A stretch of 63,738 bases of DNA, the filler included, from Chrysochromulina tobinii (taxonomy: Eukaryota): the NCBI GenBank assembly GCA_001275005.1. It is 8 parts of 8 records of this genome, joined end to end, with 100 filler letters (N's around TTAATTAATTAA, not from the genome) between each part and the next. Parts side by side here need not be neighbours in the genome. Positions count along the whole stretch, not along the records: positions 1 to 3,708 come from JWZX01001144.1; positions 3,809 to 12,427 come from JWZX01001145.1; 6 more parts are not named here. One strand, 5' to 3'. Positions 1-10,856 of the stretch are shown piece by piece (within the stretch, counting starts at the first letter, position 1; each line of letters opens with the position of its first letter). The position numbers and the translations under genes are program-made. The notes under the pieces are model-generated. The model did not search any database. It saw only the letters and a program-made list of their open reading frames with translations, and was not told where the DNA came from.

Positions 1-1
1 T

Positions 2-1180
2 CTCGCCTCCGCCACCGCCATTTCCTGCGCAAGCTGCGCCGAGGCACGGATCAAGCAGGCTGCGCACCGCGGCACGCTCTCCACGCCCGCACCCGAAGCC
101 GGGGTGCTGCACGTCGACCTCAAGGAGATGGTGATCTCGGCAGAGGGCTACCGCTACTTCATGGTTGCCGTTGACGAGTTTACCCGTTACCTCTTCATCG
201 CCTTCCTCAAATACAAGTCCGAGGCGGGGGGGCAACTACTGGCCATCGTCAACAAGTTCAATGCGACCGTCGGCACGCCCGTTGACTCCGACGGCCACGC
301 CTTGCCTAGACCACGCGTCCGAACTATCCACTCCGACCACGAGGGCAAGCTGATCTCGCACTCTTTCCGCGCTGCGCGGAATGCCGAGGGCCTCCATCAC
401 ACCCTGAGCCCTCCGAACGACCACGACCTCAACCCAATCGCCGAGCGCGTCATCCGCACCATCGCCGAGTCGTCGTCCGCCATTAGGATCGCCTCCAACG
501 CATCGGCGCGGCACTGGCCGCACATCGTCGCTTATGCCGCCGACTGGCACAATGCCCTCGTCGGCTCCGTCGGTTCCTCCAGCAGCGACAGCAACATCAC
601 GCCCCACCAGCGCTTTACTCTTCGGCCGCCTCGCGTGATGGATCTCGCTACCTTTGGATGCCGCGCCTTTGCGCTCAAGCCCCCTCAGCACCAGCACAAG
701 TCAAGCTTGGCCGGCCGTGGCATTGAGGGTGCCTTCTTTGGCCGCTCGCTCGACTCAAAGGGCTGCTACGACGTTCTCGTCGGCACGGGGGCCACGGCGA
801 AAATCGTCCGCTCGTCCAGCGTCGTCCTCGACGAGGAGTGGATGCCGCTGCACGCGATTGGCAAACAACACCGGCCTCTCACCTCCCTCTCGCACGCCGC
901 ACGCCAGCCGCAACACCCAAGCCTGCGGCCGGACCTACCGAGCGCGAGCGCCGTCGCCAACCCGTCACTCGACGGCGAATCTCTCCGCCTTGGCTTGCTC
1001 TTCTCAGGGCCGCACTCTCGCGCGGATGGCCTGCCCCCACATCTCAAGTCCCGCGGCTGGAGCCATATCGAGTTGCTCGGCAACAACGAACTCGGCGACG
1101 GGTGGGCACATGACCTTCTCAACGACTCAACTTATGCCGAGTACCTCTTGAAGGCGACGTCTGGCCACTTCGACGCCATC
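2..1180 (+). pseudogene. Copia integrase (rve) followed in frame by the N-terminal part of a C5-MTase-like domain
   Basis: The frame is open from base 2. It reads CASC (zinc-binding), LHVDLKEM, YRYFMVAVDEFTRY, TIHSDHEG and NPIAERVIRTI (DDE triad), then FGCRAFALKP...GIEGAFFG (copia SH3-like tail), then LLFSGPHSRADG...HDLLND...GHFDAI. It is cut by a deletion junction at 1180. Confidence 0.88.
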
Positions 1181-1182
1181 AG

Positions 1183-1836
1183 CGTCGACCCGATGCCCAC
1201 ACCTTCGAGATCCCAATCTCGGCATGGCGCACCGTGCCTAAGGTGCCCTTCGGCAAGAGCGTCGGCGAGCACGCACTCTCTCTCGAGATCGCGCTTGACG
1301 ACGTCGACCTCAAATCTCCCGATGACGTCATCGACGGCATCCGCGCCAGCTTTCTCACGGCGCTTCGTGCCGATTCGCCAGATGCTCCCGCCACCCACGC
1401 CGAAGCTGTCAAGCGTGGCGATGTGTGGATGCGCGCCGAGGGCAAAGAGATGGCCAACCACGAGACCAACAAGTCGTGGACGTTCGTTCGCCGCGCGGAC
1501 GTGCCTGCAGGCCGCCGCATCCACCGCCTCATCTGGGTGTACAAGGTGAAGCGCGACGGCACATGCAAGGCGCGTCTCTGCGTCCAAGGCTCCACGCTCG
1601 AAGCTGGCGTAGACTACGACCAGGTGTTCTCCGCCGCTCTTCGCTACTCTTCGGCGCGCTCGCTCTTCGCCTTCGCAGCCAAGACTGGCTGCCGCGTTCG
1701 CAGCATCGACCTCATCGCCGCGTACTTACAGGGCGAGTTCCTCGACGGCGAGGTGGTCTACTGCCACGCGGCACAAGGCTATGCCAAGTACGACAAGAAC
1801 GGCGAGCCCATGATCGCGCGCGTCGACAAGCCCTAG
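1183..1836 (+). pseudogene. Copia reverse transcriptase (RVT_2), N-terminal part, truncated
   Basis: PATHAEAV..WMRAEGKEMANH..SW, WVYKVKRDG..KARLCVQG, GVDYDQVFS and IDLIAAYLQG are canonical copia RT motifs. It ends before the YxDD motif. Confidence 0.9.
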
Positions 1837-1857
1837 TCGGGGCCGCCGAGTTCGTCG

Positions 1858-2396
1858 GTCCTCGACGAGGAGTGGATGCCGCTGCACGCGATTGGCAAAC
1901 AACACCGGCCTCTCACCTCCCTCTCGCACGCCGCCCGCCAGCCGCAACACCCAAGCCTGCGGCCGGACCTACCGAGCGCGAGCGCCGTCGCCAACCCGTC
2001 ACTCGACGGCGAATCTCTCCGCCTTGGCTTGCTCTTCTCAGGGCCGCACTCTCGAGCGGATGGCCTGCCCCCACATCTCAAGTCTCGCGGCTGGAGCCAT
2101 ATCGAGTTGCTCGGCAACAACGAACTCGGCGACGGGTGGGCACATGACCTTCTCAACGACTCAACTTATGCCGAGTACCTCTTGAAGGCGACGTCTGGCC
2201 ACTTCGACGCCATCTTGACCGCCTTCCCATGCGCTGCCCCTTCGGCGACCCTACGCACGAAGGACTTCCCCGACGGACTGCAACACCTCGACCAAATCGA
2301 TCCAAAGCTCCACGAGGAGCTTCGTCTCTCCAACCTCCTCCTCGAGCGCGTCGTGAACATCCTCATCGCCGCTCGCTCATCGCCGAAACGCACGAC
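1858..2396 (+). pseudogene. Second copy of the post-integrase region with a longer C5 DNA methyltransferase-like domain
   Basis: 1858-2214 duplicates 824-1180 with about 3 mismatches. It continues FDAILTAFPC (PC dipeptide at 2227-2232)...LRTKDFPDGL...SNLLLERVVNIL and is cut by the inversion junction at about 2397. Confidence 0.65.
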
Positions 2397-2397
2397 G

Positions 2398-3708
2398 GGG
2401 CGTGGAGAGCGTGCCGCGGTGCGCAGCCTGCTTGATCCGTGCCTCGGCGCAGCTTGCGCAGGAAATGGCGGTGGCGGAGGCGAGATTGCGGGGGCCGTCC
2501 TCGGTAGTACTGGCAATGGCTTGGATGTAACGGATGCCGGCGTGGTTCCGCCGGTGCATGAGCTCCCCGGCCTGAGCAGAGGGTAGGCGGGCGACGTGCG
2601 CCGTGGACTGTACGCTGTGGTGGCCAAGCTGCCGAGAGGATATCCCAGGAGGAGTCGGCATGACCCCCCCGTGATCGTTGGAGAGGGCGATCAAAGGCTT
2701 GGTGGCGATCAAGGGCTTCGTGACTGCGCGGGAGATCGTGTAGGCGTCGCAGCCGCCGCACGGTGCCATGCCGGCGATCCAGTGGGTGACTCGGCCGTCG
2801 GCGTCGCGCGGAGGGTCGACGGTGCCGGGGGTGCGCGGCAGCTTGTCGCCTGGCTTGCCGGGCTTGCCTTTCTTGAACTTCTTGTCACGCCCAAAGCGAG
2901 GGTCGCCAGAGGCAGCGAGGGCGTCGAGCTGGGCGACGCGGGCTTCGAGAGCGGCGACGCGGGCGACTTCGGCGACGCGCGCCGCGCCTGCGGCGCCGTT
3001 GTTGATCTCGTCGAGCTCGGCGATGCGCACATTGGTCTTGAGAATGGCGTCAATCAGCTCGACGGCAGCGGACATGGTCGTTGGCTTGCTTGCCTTGAGG
3101 TCGAGGAGGTACAGGGGGCGAATGGCCACGTCCGTGAGCGCGATGCGCGTGATCATGTCGACTTTGGCCTCTTCGGGCTGGCGCAGCGCCGTTTGGATAT
3201 GGGCCTCCGCGAGGTCGTATGCCTCGTGGAAGTCGGAGAGCTTCTCGGCTGTGATCTCGCCTTGGATGCCCTTCTGGATCAGCTTGATGTAGGAGGCCAT
3301 GACGACGGCGCGGTCAGCTGCGTCAGCTGTGGCGGCGCGCGTGATCATCAGCTTGAGAAACGTGCGGCCGCTGCCGGCGGCGGTGATCGCGCAGGTACGG
3401 CCGGCGCGTTGGCCGCCGAACACCATGGTGAGGGAGGCGAGGAGGGAAGAGTCCTCGTCGTCGACGGCGCACTCGTCAACCGTAGCCGACGGCATCTTGA
3501 GACGGGCCTTGTCTGCAGCGATCTTGACGTACGCTGGCGTCGTGGAGCCGAGCACCGAGGAGTCGTAGTCTACGATGCGATCGGCAGTGGGCGGGCATAC
3601 GTTGGTGATCGTGCGCTTGATCGGATCCTTGTACTCCTTTTGAAGGAATTCGATGGCGTCCGTGTGGTCGATCATGGTGTAGCGCCCGCGCCGTGTTCGA
3701 TGAACAGG
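2398..3708 (-). pseudogene. Copia gag plus GAG-pre-integrase (HHCC) fragment, inverted; protease apparently deleted
   Basis: ORF 2377..3675(-) has a helical gag-like region and a broken knuckle (PCGGC), then LMHRRNHAG...CASC. 2398-2485 is the reverse complement of 1-88, so it overlaps the start of the integrase piece. Confidence 0.7.
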
Positions 3709-3808
3709 NNNNNNNNNNNNNNNNNNNNNNNNNNNNNNNNNNNNNNNNNNNNTTAATTAATTAANNNNNNNNNNNNNNNNNNNNNNNNNNNNNNNNNNNN
3801 NNNNNNNN
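3709..3808. other. Artificial contig linker
   Basis: N44-TTAATTAATTAA-N44; stops in all six frames. Confidence 0.99.
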
Positions 3809-6800
3809 AGGGCGGCGGGGGCGAGGGCGGCGGCGGCGAGGGCGAGGGCGGCGGGGGCGAGGGTGGCAGCGGCGAGAGCGGCGGCGACGAGGAGGTGGCG
3901 GCGGCTCCGAACTGGACTTCTCGAAGGTAGCATTGGAACCTCGCCTGATAATCTGAGTTCGCGTAAGACGTGATGACCACTTGCCAGCGAGATGCGGTCA
4001 CTGGGCTGCCAAAGGTGCCATAAGCAAACTCCCCTTCGGGGATGGTAGTGAAGTCAGTGTTCGAGCCAGGAACGGTGACGAGTGTACCCGAAGTGTCCGC
4101 ATACTTGAGGTGCACCTGCCCGAAGCGATACCAGGTCTGGCCTGCAACCCGCCAACGTGAAAACGTGTAGCGAGCGCCCATCTCAATAGTGTAGGAATAT
4201 GGCAATGGTTGGTAGTTCGGTCCGGCAAAGTCGATGGAATTTCCAAGTGGGTTTGAGGCCGTGCCATCAAAGGGAGCCGTGATCGTGCACAGGTTGTACT
4301 GGCAAGCATAGGATACCAGCGGCGAATACTGTGGTACGGTCCAGCTCGAGCCAGACCCTGAATAGTATGTGATTCCGTTGACAGTGCTCACAGCAAGGAG
4401 GGGCGGCGGCGGCTGCGGCGGTGGCGAAGAAGGAGGGGGTGGGGCATAGGTGGAAGGAGGCGGCGGTGATGGCGAGGGCGGAGGCGGGGAAGGCGGCGGC
4501 GGCAGGAAAGGCGAGGGCGGTGGCGGCGGGCTCGGATCGGGCGATGGCGGCGGCGGCGGTGGCGGCGAAGGTGGCGGAGGCGGTGATGGTTCGGGCGGCT
4601 CGGGGGAAGGCGGTGGCGGCGAAAATGGAGGTCGAGGCGGAGACGGTGGCGGCGAAGGGGAGGGCGGCGGCGGCAGGGGAGGCGGTGCCGGGCAAGTTGA
4701 GACTGTGCCATAGACGCTGGTGAGGGTCGTCGCCCAGGAGCAAACGTTCCCATTATTGACGCACACATTGGGCCCCTGGGTAGGAAGTGGGGAACGCGAG
4801 GCCACACAGAGGAGATCACTACGTAGTACGGTGCAAGGTTGAAACGTGAATTCAAAAGTTCCCATCGCGAATTCACTCCATGGGGGCGATGGGAAGGCCT
4901 ATGTGGCACGTACCGTCTGTAGTTGACCGAAGCGTTTGCAGTTGTGCAAGCGTGAGTCGGGGCAAGCACGTCAGCAACTTTCACATCGGGCCATGGGAAC
5001 TTTTGAAGATGAGCGCGCACAGAAATAGCTACTGTGTTCCCATTGATGATGCATGATGACAAAGTCACCGTGCCACCGTTGACCATGACACCACCGCCCT
5101 GTAAACAACGAGCAAACGTGAGTCTCCCATGTGGGGGCGATGGGACGTAGTACGGTGCAAGGTTGAAACGTGAATACTCCATGGGGGCGATGGGAAGGCC
5201 TATGTGGCACGTACCGCCTGTAGTTGACCGAAGCGTTTGCAGTTGTGCAAGCGTGAGTCGGGGCAAGCACGTCAGCAACTTTCACATCGGGCCATGGGAA
5301 CTTTTGAAGATGAGCGCGCACATTGCCAGCTGTGTTCCCATTGATGATGCATGATGACAAAGTCACCGTGCCACCGTTGACAAAGACACCACCGCCCTGT
5401 AAACAACGAGCAAAACGTGAGTCTCCCATGGGGGGATGGGAAAATTTCAGGCTCTGCGGCAAGTACATCCTGGAATTGACCAAAGCAGCGGCCGCAGTTG
5501 TGCAAGAGTGAGTCGAGGCGAGCGCGTCAGGAATCTTCCCATCGGGGCGAGGGGAACTTTTGAAGTCACGAGCGCGCACATTGGTAGCTTGGTTGGAATA
5601 CACTTGGGAGTTGACGATTGAAACTGTGCCACCCTGGACAAAGACACCGCCGCCCTGCAAACAACGAGCAAAACGTGAGTCTCCCATGGGGGCGATGGGA
5701 ACTTTTGAAGTTTCAGGCGCAGATGGTACATACCCCATACTGGTAGATCGAGGCAGCACCCATCATCCAAGACGAGAGTCGATTTGGGCATGTGTCAGCA
5801 AGGCATCCCATTGGGGCGATGGGAAATTCGCAGGCAAGGCTAGCACGTACCGCTCCCTGGAAGAACAAGAATGGATCCCAAATAGAACAACGAGAGTCGA
5901 ATCATGCATTCAGCAATACATTTTCCCATCGGGGCGATGGGAACTTTTGAGCGTGAGTGCGCACATAATAAGCTGAATTCCCACTGATGGTACACGATGA
6001 GATGGTCACTGTGCCTCCCCCGACATAGACACCGCCGCCCTGCAAGCAACGAGCAAAATGTGAGTTTCCCATTGGGGCGATGGGAACTTTTGAAGACGAG
6101 CGCGCACAAAGGCAGCTGTGTTGGAGTAGATCTGGGAGTTCATGACTGACACTGTGCCACCCCCGACATAGACACCACCGCCCTGCAAAAAACGAGCAAA
6201 ACGTGAGTTTCCCATGGGGGCGATGGGAACTTTTCAAGGTCTCTGCGGCACGTACATACTGTAGTTGACCGGACTATCGGCCGCAGTTGTGCAAGCGTGA
6301 GTTGGGGCAAGCACGTCAGCAACTTTCCCATCGGGGAGATAGGAAATTTCGAAATTTAGAACATCAGCGCGCACTACGGTAGCTGTGTTGGAGTAGATCT
6401 GGGAGTTCACGATTGACACTGTGCCACCCTGGACAAAGACACCACCGCCCTGCAAACAACGAGCAAAACGTGAGTCTCACATCGGGGCGATGGGGGATTT
6501 GCAAGCAAGGCTTGCATGTACCCATCCAGCTGCTGTGTTGCCACTGATGGTGGACGATGAGATGGTCACCGTGCCACCACCGATGTAAACACCGCCGCCA
6601 TTGTTGATGTAGCCTCCCGTGATGTTGAGCCCGATCACTTGCACGACGCCCGACGAGCCCGGGTTGATGTTCAGCACACGGCGCGGACTCGAGGAGCTCG
6701 CTTGTGCATCCAGCACGACCGAGCCTGCCACCGCCGCCTCGAGAACGACGCTCCTGGTGATGCTGAGCTCGGCGCTGAGGGCGTAGGTGCCGGGGGCCAG

Positions 6801-6947
6801 GACGATGTGGCCGACGTCGGGGTTGTCGAGTGCGCTGATCAGGCCGGCGCTGTCGCTCACTACCGAGGTGCCTGGAACATTCGGCGGCAGCGGCGGCGAC
6901 GGTGGTGAGGGTGGCGAGGGTGGCGACGCGGGTGGCGAGGGTGGCGA

Positions 6948-6979
<32 letters not shown>

Positions 6980-8284
6980 ACGGCGGCGGCGGCGATGCGG
7001 GTGGCGTGGGAGGCGACGCGGGTGGCGGTGCCGCGCAAGTTGAGACTGTGCCATAGACGTTGCTGAGGGTCATTGCGAAGGAGCAGACGTTGCCTACAGC
7101 ATCAAGACTTAATGCGACATTGTTACCCCAACCCGAGAACAAAGTGTTTCCATATATGTTGCACGAGAAGAAGGCCACTGTGCCAGGTTGCCACATTCCA
7201 ACATAGACACCGCCGCCAAGATAGCTGGCTGTGTTTCCCGAGATGGAGCTAGACGAAAATGTGACTGTGCCTGACCAGACGTAGACACCGCCGCCATGAT
7301 AGTCGGCTGTGTTTCCCGAGATGGAGCTAGACGAAAATGTGACCGTGCCTGGCTCGACGTAGACACCGCCGCCAGAAAAGTCGGCTGTGTTTCCCGAATG
7401 GAGCTAGACGAAAATGTGACCGTGCCTGACCGGACGTAGACTCCGCCGCCGTTATTTTCAAAGGTCCCGTAGTAGCCTCCTGTGATGTTGAGCCCGATCA
7501 GTTGCACGACGCCCGACGAGCCCGGGTTGATGTTCAGCACTCGACGATCACTCGAGGAGCTCGCTTGTGCATCCAGCACGACTGAGCCTGCCGCCGCCGC
7601 CGCCTCAAGGGTGACGCTCCTGGTGATGCTGAGCTCGGCGCTGAGGGCGTAGGTACCGGGGGCAAGGACGATGTGGCCGACGTCGGGGTTGGCGAGTGTG
7701 CTGGTCAGGCCGACGCTGTCGCTCACCACCGCGGTGCCTGGCGCATTCGGCGGCAGCGGCGGCGGCGGCGGCGGCGGCAGCGAGGGCGGTGGTGGGGGCG
7801 ACGGCGGTGGCGGCGATGGAGGCGGCGGCGACGGCGGAGGCGGCGATGGTGGTTGCGGCGACGGGGATGGGGGCGAAGGAGGCGGGGGCACCGGAGGTGG
7901 TGAAGGCGGCGGTGGCGACGGCGCACGTGGAGGTGGGGGGCATGGCGGGGGGCATGGCGACGGGCATGGCGACGGCGACCTCGGCAGGGGATCTGGTGGC
8001 AGCTTGGGTGGCTGCGGCGGCGGACTCGGCGGCACCAAGCAGCGTACTTGGAAGCCACAATCCTCGCAGTCCGTGCCTAGCTCGCAGTCAGAATATGTGC
8101 TGCCCACACCGCCGTCGTCGCAGGTGCCGTCCTCGGCGTACTCGGGAGCTCCCAAACACTCGTTGTTGCAGCGGCAATTAGGCGGCAGCGATGGCGGCCG
8201 GGGGGACGACGCCGGCGAGGGGGGCAGCTGTCCAGAGACCGCTGCAAGCAGCAGCCCCGCACGTAGAAGGGTTGTGGGGCGCAT
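3809..8284 (-). CDS. Secreted/surface Pro-rich (extensin-like) protein with pectin-lyase/PMP-like beta-helix repeats; multi-exon, 3' partial
   Basis: It starts with a signal peptide (MRPTTLLRAGLLLAAVSG, ATG 8284) and a Cys module (DGTCDDGG...GTDCEDCG). It has SPPP tracts, two duplicated modules (HIVLAPGTYALSAELSITRSV...RRVLNINPG) and GGGVYV..GTVT.SS..I.GNTA repeats. A galactose-binding/discoidin-like domain lies at about 3900-4400. Predicted exons: 8284-6522, 6449-6375, 6258-6256, 6182-6108, 6039-5965, 5856-5851, 5739-5734, 5654-5580, 5469-5467, 5396-5322, 5217-5215, 5098-5021, 4916-4914, 4775-contig end. There is a one-base frameshift at about 7397. Confidence 0.8.
4776..6521 (-). repeat. 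Tandem exon-intron repeat array: 13 homologous GT-AG introns with 75-78 nt exons and microexons
   Basis: Donors GTGCGC and GTAC/GTAT recur, as do acceptors TTTGCTCGTTGTTTRCAG and GTCAAYTMCAG. The hairpin TTCCCATCGCCCCNATGGGAA or a variant occurs in each intron. About 4870-5130 and about 5175-5430 are near-identical. Confidence 0.85.
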
Positions 8285-8969
8285 ATCGATGGCCAGTGCG
8301 GTCTCCGTTTTTAGCCCGCCGCGAATTATAAACATTGGCTGTGAACTTTGTCTTCTGCCGCATAGTCTTTTAGCTACGAGTTCTGTTGTTCATCGATATA
8401 AGAGCCTGTCGGTGCTCTGTTCCGTACGGCGCTCGTTCCGCTATTTAGCGATTTCACAAGTTACACATGATGTTCATGAAGATCATGTTGAGTTCAAGTA
8501 TCAGATCGCGACGGACGGACATACGTATTCGTATAACACGTGACGCATCTTCCGCGGGAGACCGCGACACCCGAACTCGAAAAGCGGCGCGCGCGGCACG
8601 CGACCCACACCTACATCGGCACCCGTGCTCCCTCAGATGCACTTCCCTGGCCCGGGGCCGCCGTCCGGGGCGCCGAGCCCGCCCGCCGGCAGCCTAGCGC
8701 GATACGGATAGCGTCGCCTACCCCCCTATGCTACCCCGTACGCTAATAAATTCGCCCCTTTGCACACAGCGGCACCCCCCCTTGGCCCTTGCTTCATGCT
8801 AGCTTCATGCACTTGCTTCATCCACAAGACGGTACGGCTCGTTTGCACCCTTGAGCTGAACCCCTCCTGTCCCGAATGCAATCCAGGCCGCCCGGCCGAC
8901 CATTTGAACAGACGTCAACAAACAACCTTTTTGCGATGAATTCGCTGCGGAGCAAATGGAGCGACGCTC

Positions 8970-10424
8970 CTACCAGACTCCGGGGATGAGCACGTATGGG
9001 ACCTGACGGCAGTATTCGACCCAATCGTCACCATACTTGCGGGCGCACTTTTCGTTATCGCGGAGGGCCCGATGGGTGATCATCGAAGAGAAGAAGACAA
9101 AGTAAAAGTACGGGAGGAAGTGTGACATGCCGCATGAGAGGCCCCACATCATCGCCATGCTCGCGTCGGCCGTATAATGCACCTTGCGCGCATACTTGTA
9201 CCAGCCGTCGACCAGGAGCGGCGACCCAGCCTTCGTCTTGATGTGCTTCGGATTGGGCCCGCATGACATGTACGAAAACTGTGGGAAGATGTACCAGGGG
9301 CGTTTCTGATAGGCGCCGCGAAGCTGCTGCCGATAGATGTTCTTCTGCGCGTTGGCGGTGTCAAACACGTAGTAAGCACAGAGGAGAGCCACAAAGAGCG
9401 CGACGACGAGAATGTTCGGGGTGCCCACGGGCCCGGCGTGGTGATTGAGAAACGCCGAGTTGAACGAGTACATGAAGGGCACGCCACACAGGTTCCAGTA
9501 GCAGAGCATCCAGCCGTACTTTTCGTAGAAGATGTCCCACGTGGGCACGATGAGCTCCTCGCCCTTGCAGCACGCGTTCGCGTAGAGCCAATGGGCGAGC
9601 ACCATGAAGGCCAACGGCCAGCCCAGTTTGCCCGTGTCCTCCACTTGCTTCGCGGCCTCGCTCAGCGTGAGAAGAAAGAGAGTGATCCAGCTGACGCGCA
9701 CCTCCGCCCACATCTTGATGTCGAGCGAACCGATGCGAGGGTTGAGCGAGGCGCCCATGAAGAAGTCGTAGAGATGGTTACCGCTCATCCGATGCGTCGT
9801 CTTCGTCGCGAACGCTGCCACGTACACGCAGACCGAGAGCGCATCCGAAAAGATGACCGCGCAGGTGAGCAGCGGCCCACGCAGCGTCGCGATGCGCCCG
9901 AGCCGGAGGGTGCCGGTGAAGTGCAGCGTGCCGATGACGGCGAGCGTCACCCACCACGCAAAATAAGCGTTGCAATTGTACGCCAGCGACTTATTCTTGA
10001 GATGCGGAATTGGCAGACCCTGTGTCTTGAACCCTGGAAGCACCGCAGCCAAGATGGCCTCGAGGAGAATGAAAGCACCGTAGATCGTTACACTCTCAAC
10101 CGTGGGTGCCGCCTTGTTCACGATGGTCTTCAGCATCAGCGACATGTCCCAGAATAGCGCACCCTTCTTTTCCTCTAGCGCCGTGAATGTGTAATAAACG
10201 ATGAAGTGGCTGAACACAATCAGGCCGATTGCGCCAGGCCAGCCGCCAAACTCGAGAGGCTCCTTGCCGGCTTCGGCAGAGGCGGCTTGCGTGGCGCTGG
10301 CAGCCATCTTCTTGGGATTGGCTTCGGACACTCTCTGTCGCACGGGAGAGCGGCTGGGAGACGTTGAGCGTGGCTTGGGAGAGCGGCTAGGAGATGTTGA
10401 GCGTGGCTTCTTGGTCCCCGCCAT
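8970..10424 (-). CDS. ERG4: Delta24(24(1))-sterol reductase (ERG4/ERG24 family)
   Basis: EFGGWPG, GNHLYDFFMGASLNPRIG..DIKMWAE, GEELIVPTWDIFYEKYGWML, LLVDGWYKYARKVHY and HRALRDNEKCARKYGDDW..YCRQVPY. Likely start is MAGTKK. Confidence 0.92.
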   Translation of the reverse strand: MAGTKKPRSTSPSRSPKPRSTSPSRSPVRQRVSEANPKKMAASATQAASAEAGKEPLEFGGWPGAIGLIVFSHFIVYYTFTALEEKKGALFWDMSLMLKTIVNKAAPTVESVTIYGAFILLEAILAAVLPGFKTQGLPIPHLKNKSLAYNCNAYFAWWVTLAVIGTLHFTGTLRLGRIATLRGPLLTCAVIFSDALSVCVYVAAFATKTTHRMSGNHLYDFFMGASLNPRIGSLDIKMWAEVRVSWITLFLLTLSEAAKQVEDTGKLGWPLAFMVLAHWLYANACCKGEELIVPTWDIFYEKYGWMLCYWNLCGVPFMYSFNSAFLNHHAGPVGTPNILVVALFVALLCAYYVFDTANAQKNIYRQQLRGAYQKRPWYIFPQFSYMSCGPNPKHIKTKAGSPLLVDGWYKYARKVHYTADASMAMMWGLSCGMSHFLPYFYFVFFSSMITHRALRDNEKCARKYGDDWVEYCRQVPYVLIPGVW

Positions 10425-10856
10425 TTTCCAGGAGTTTACGCCCGCGACGAGGCAGGGTGCCTCTTGTCGAACGACTGAGCAAAGACGAGGTGTCGTCCCC
10501 ACAATCGCCCAAATTCGTTATGTAGTGAGTCTTGATTAGGTGCTCAAGATACCGGGAATAGCCCCCCCCCCCCCCTGAAAACGTCCGGAAAACCACGGGT
10601 CCAGACCAGGGCTGTGCGATGCGACAAATAACATGTACCAAGTTTCCAGCTCTTTCCGGGCCGGCGTGTGGCGCGTCTGGTCGCTTGCGCGTTCCGGACA
10701 TGGTTCCGGGTAGGTTCCGGGGCCCGGAATCGCGAATGCATCCGCGCGATCGGCGATGTCTAGCACAAGGCCAACTCCCGCCGCCTGGAGCACGGACACC
10801 CGCCCCTAACCCGCCCCTCTGGCTGACATCACAGGCTTCCGAATGAGCCGCGTTGG

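Larger units (their letters stand above)
1..3708. mobile_element. Rearranged Ty1/copia LTR retrotransposon fragments (gag, integrase, DNMT-like domain, partial RT)
   Basis: Integrase lies before RT on +, the copia order. Gag and the integrase HHCC region lie on -. Internal duplication and inversion junctions occur at about 1180, 1836-1858 and 2397. No LTRs are visible. Confidence 0.9.

Noticed and set aside
4776..6521. Regularly spaced palindromic repeats resembling a CRISPR array
   Set aside because: The intervening sequences are homologous coding exons and GT-AG introns, the context is eukaryotic, and there are no cas genes.
7396..7399. One-base deletion in the beta-helix gene as a phase-variation switch
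   Set aside because: It is not in a slippery repeat tract. Error versus real inactivation cannot be resolved without reads.
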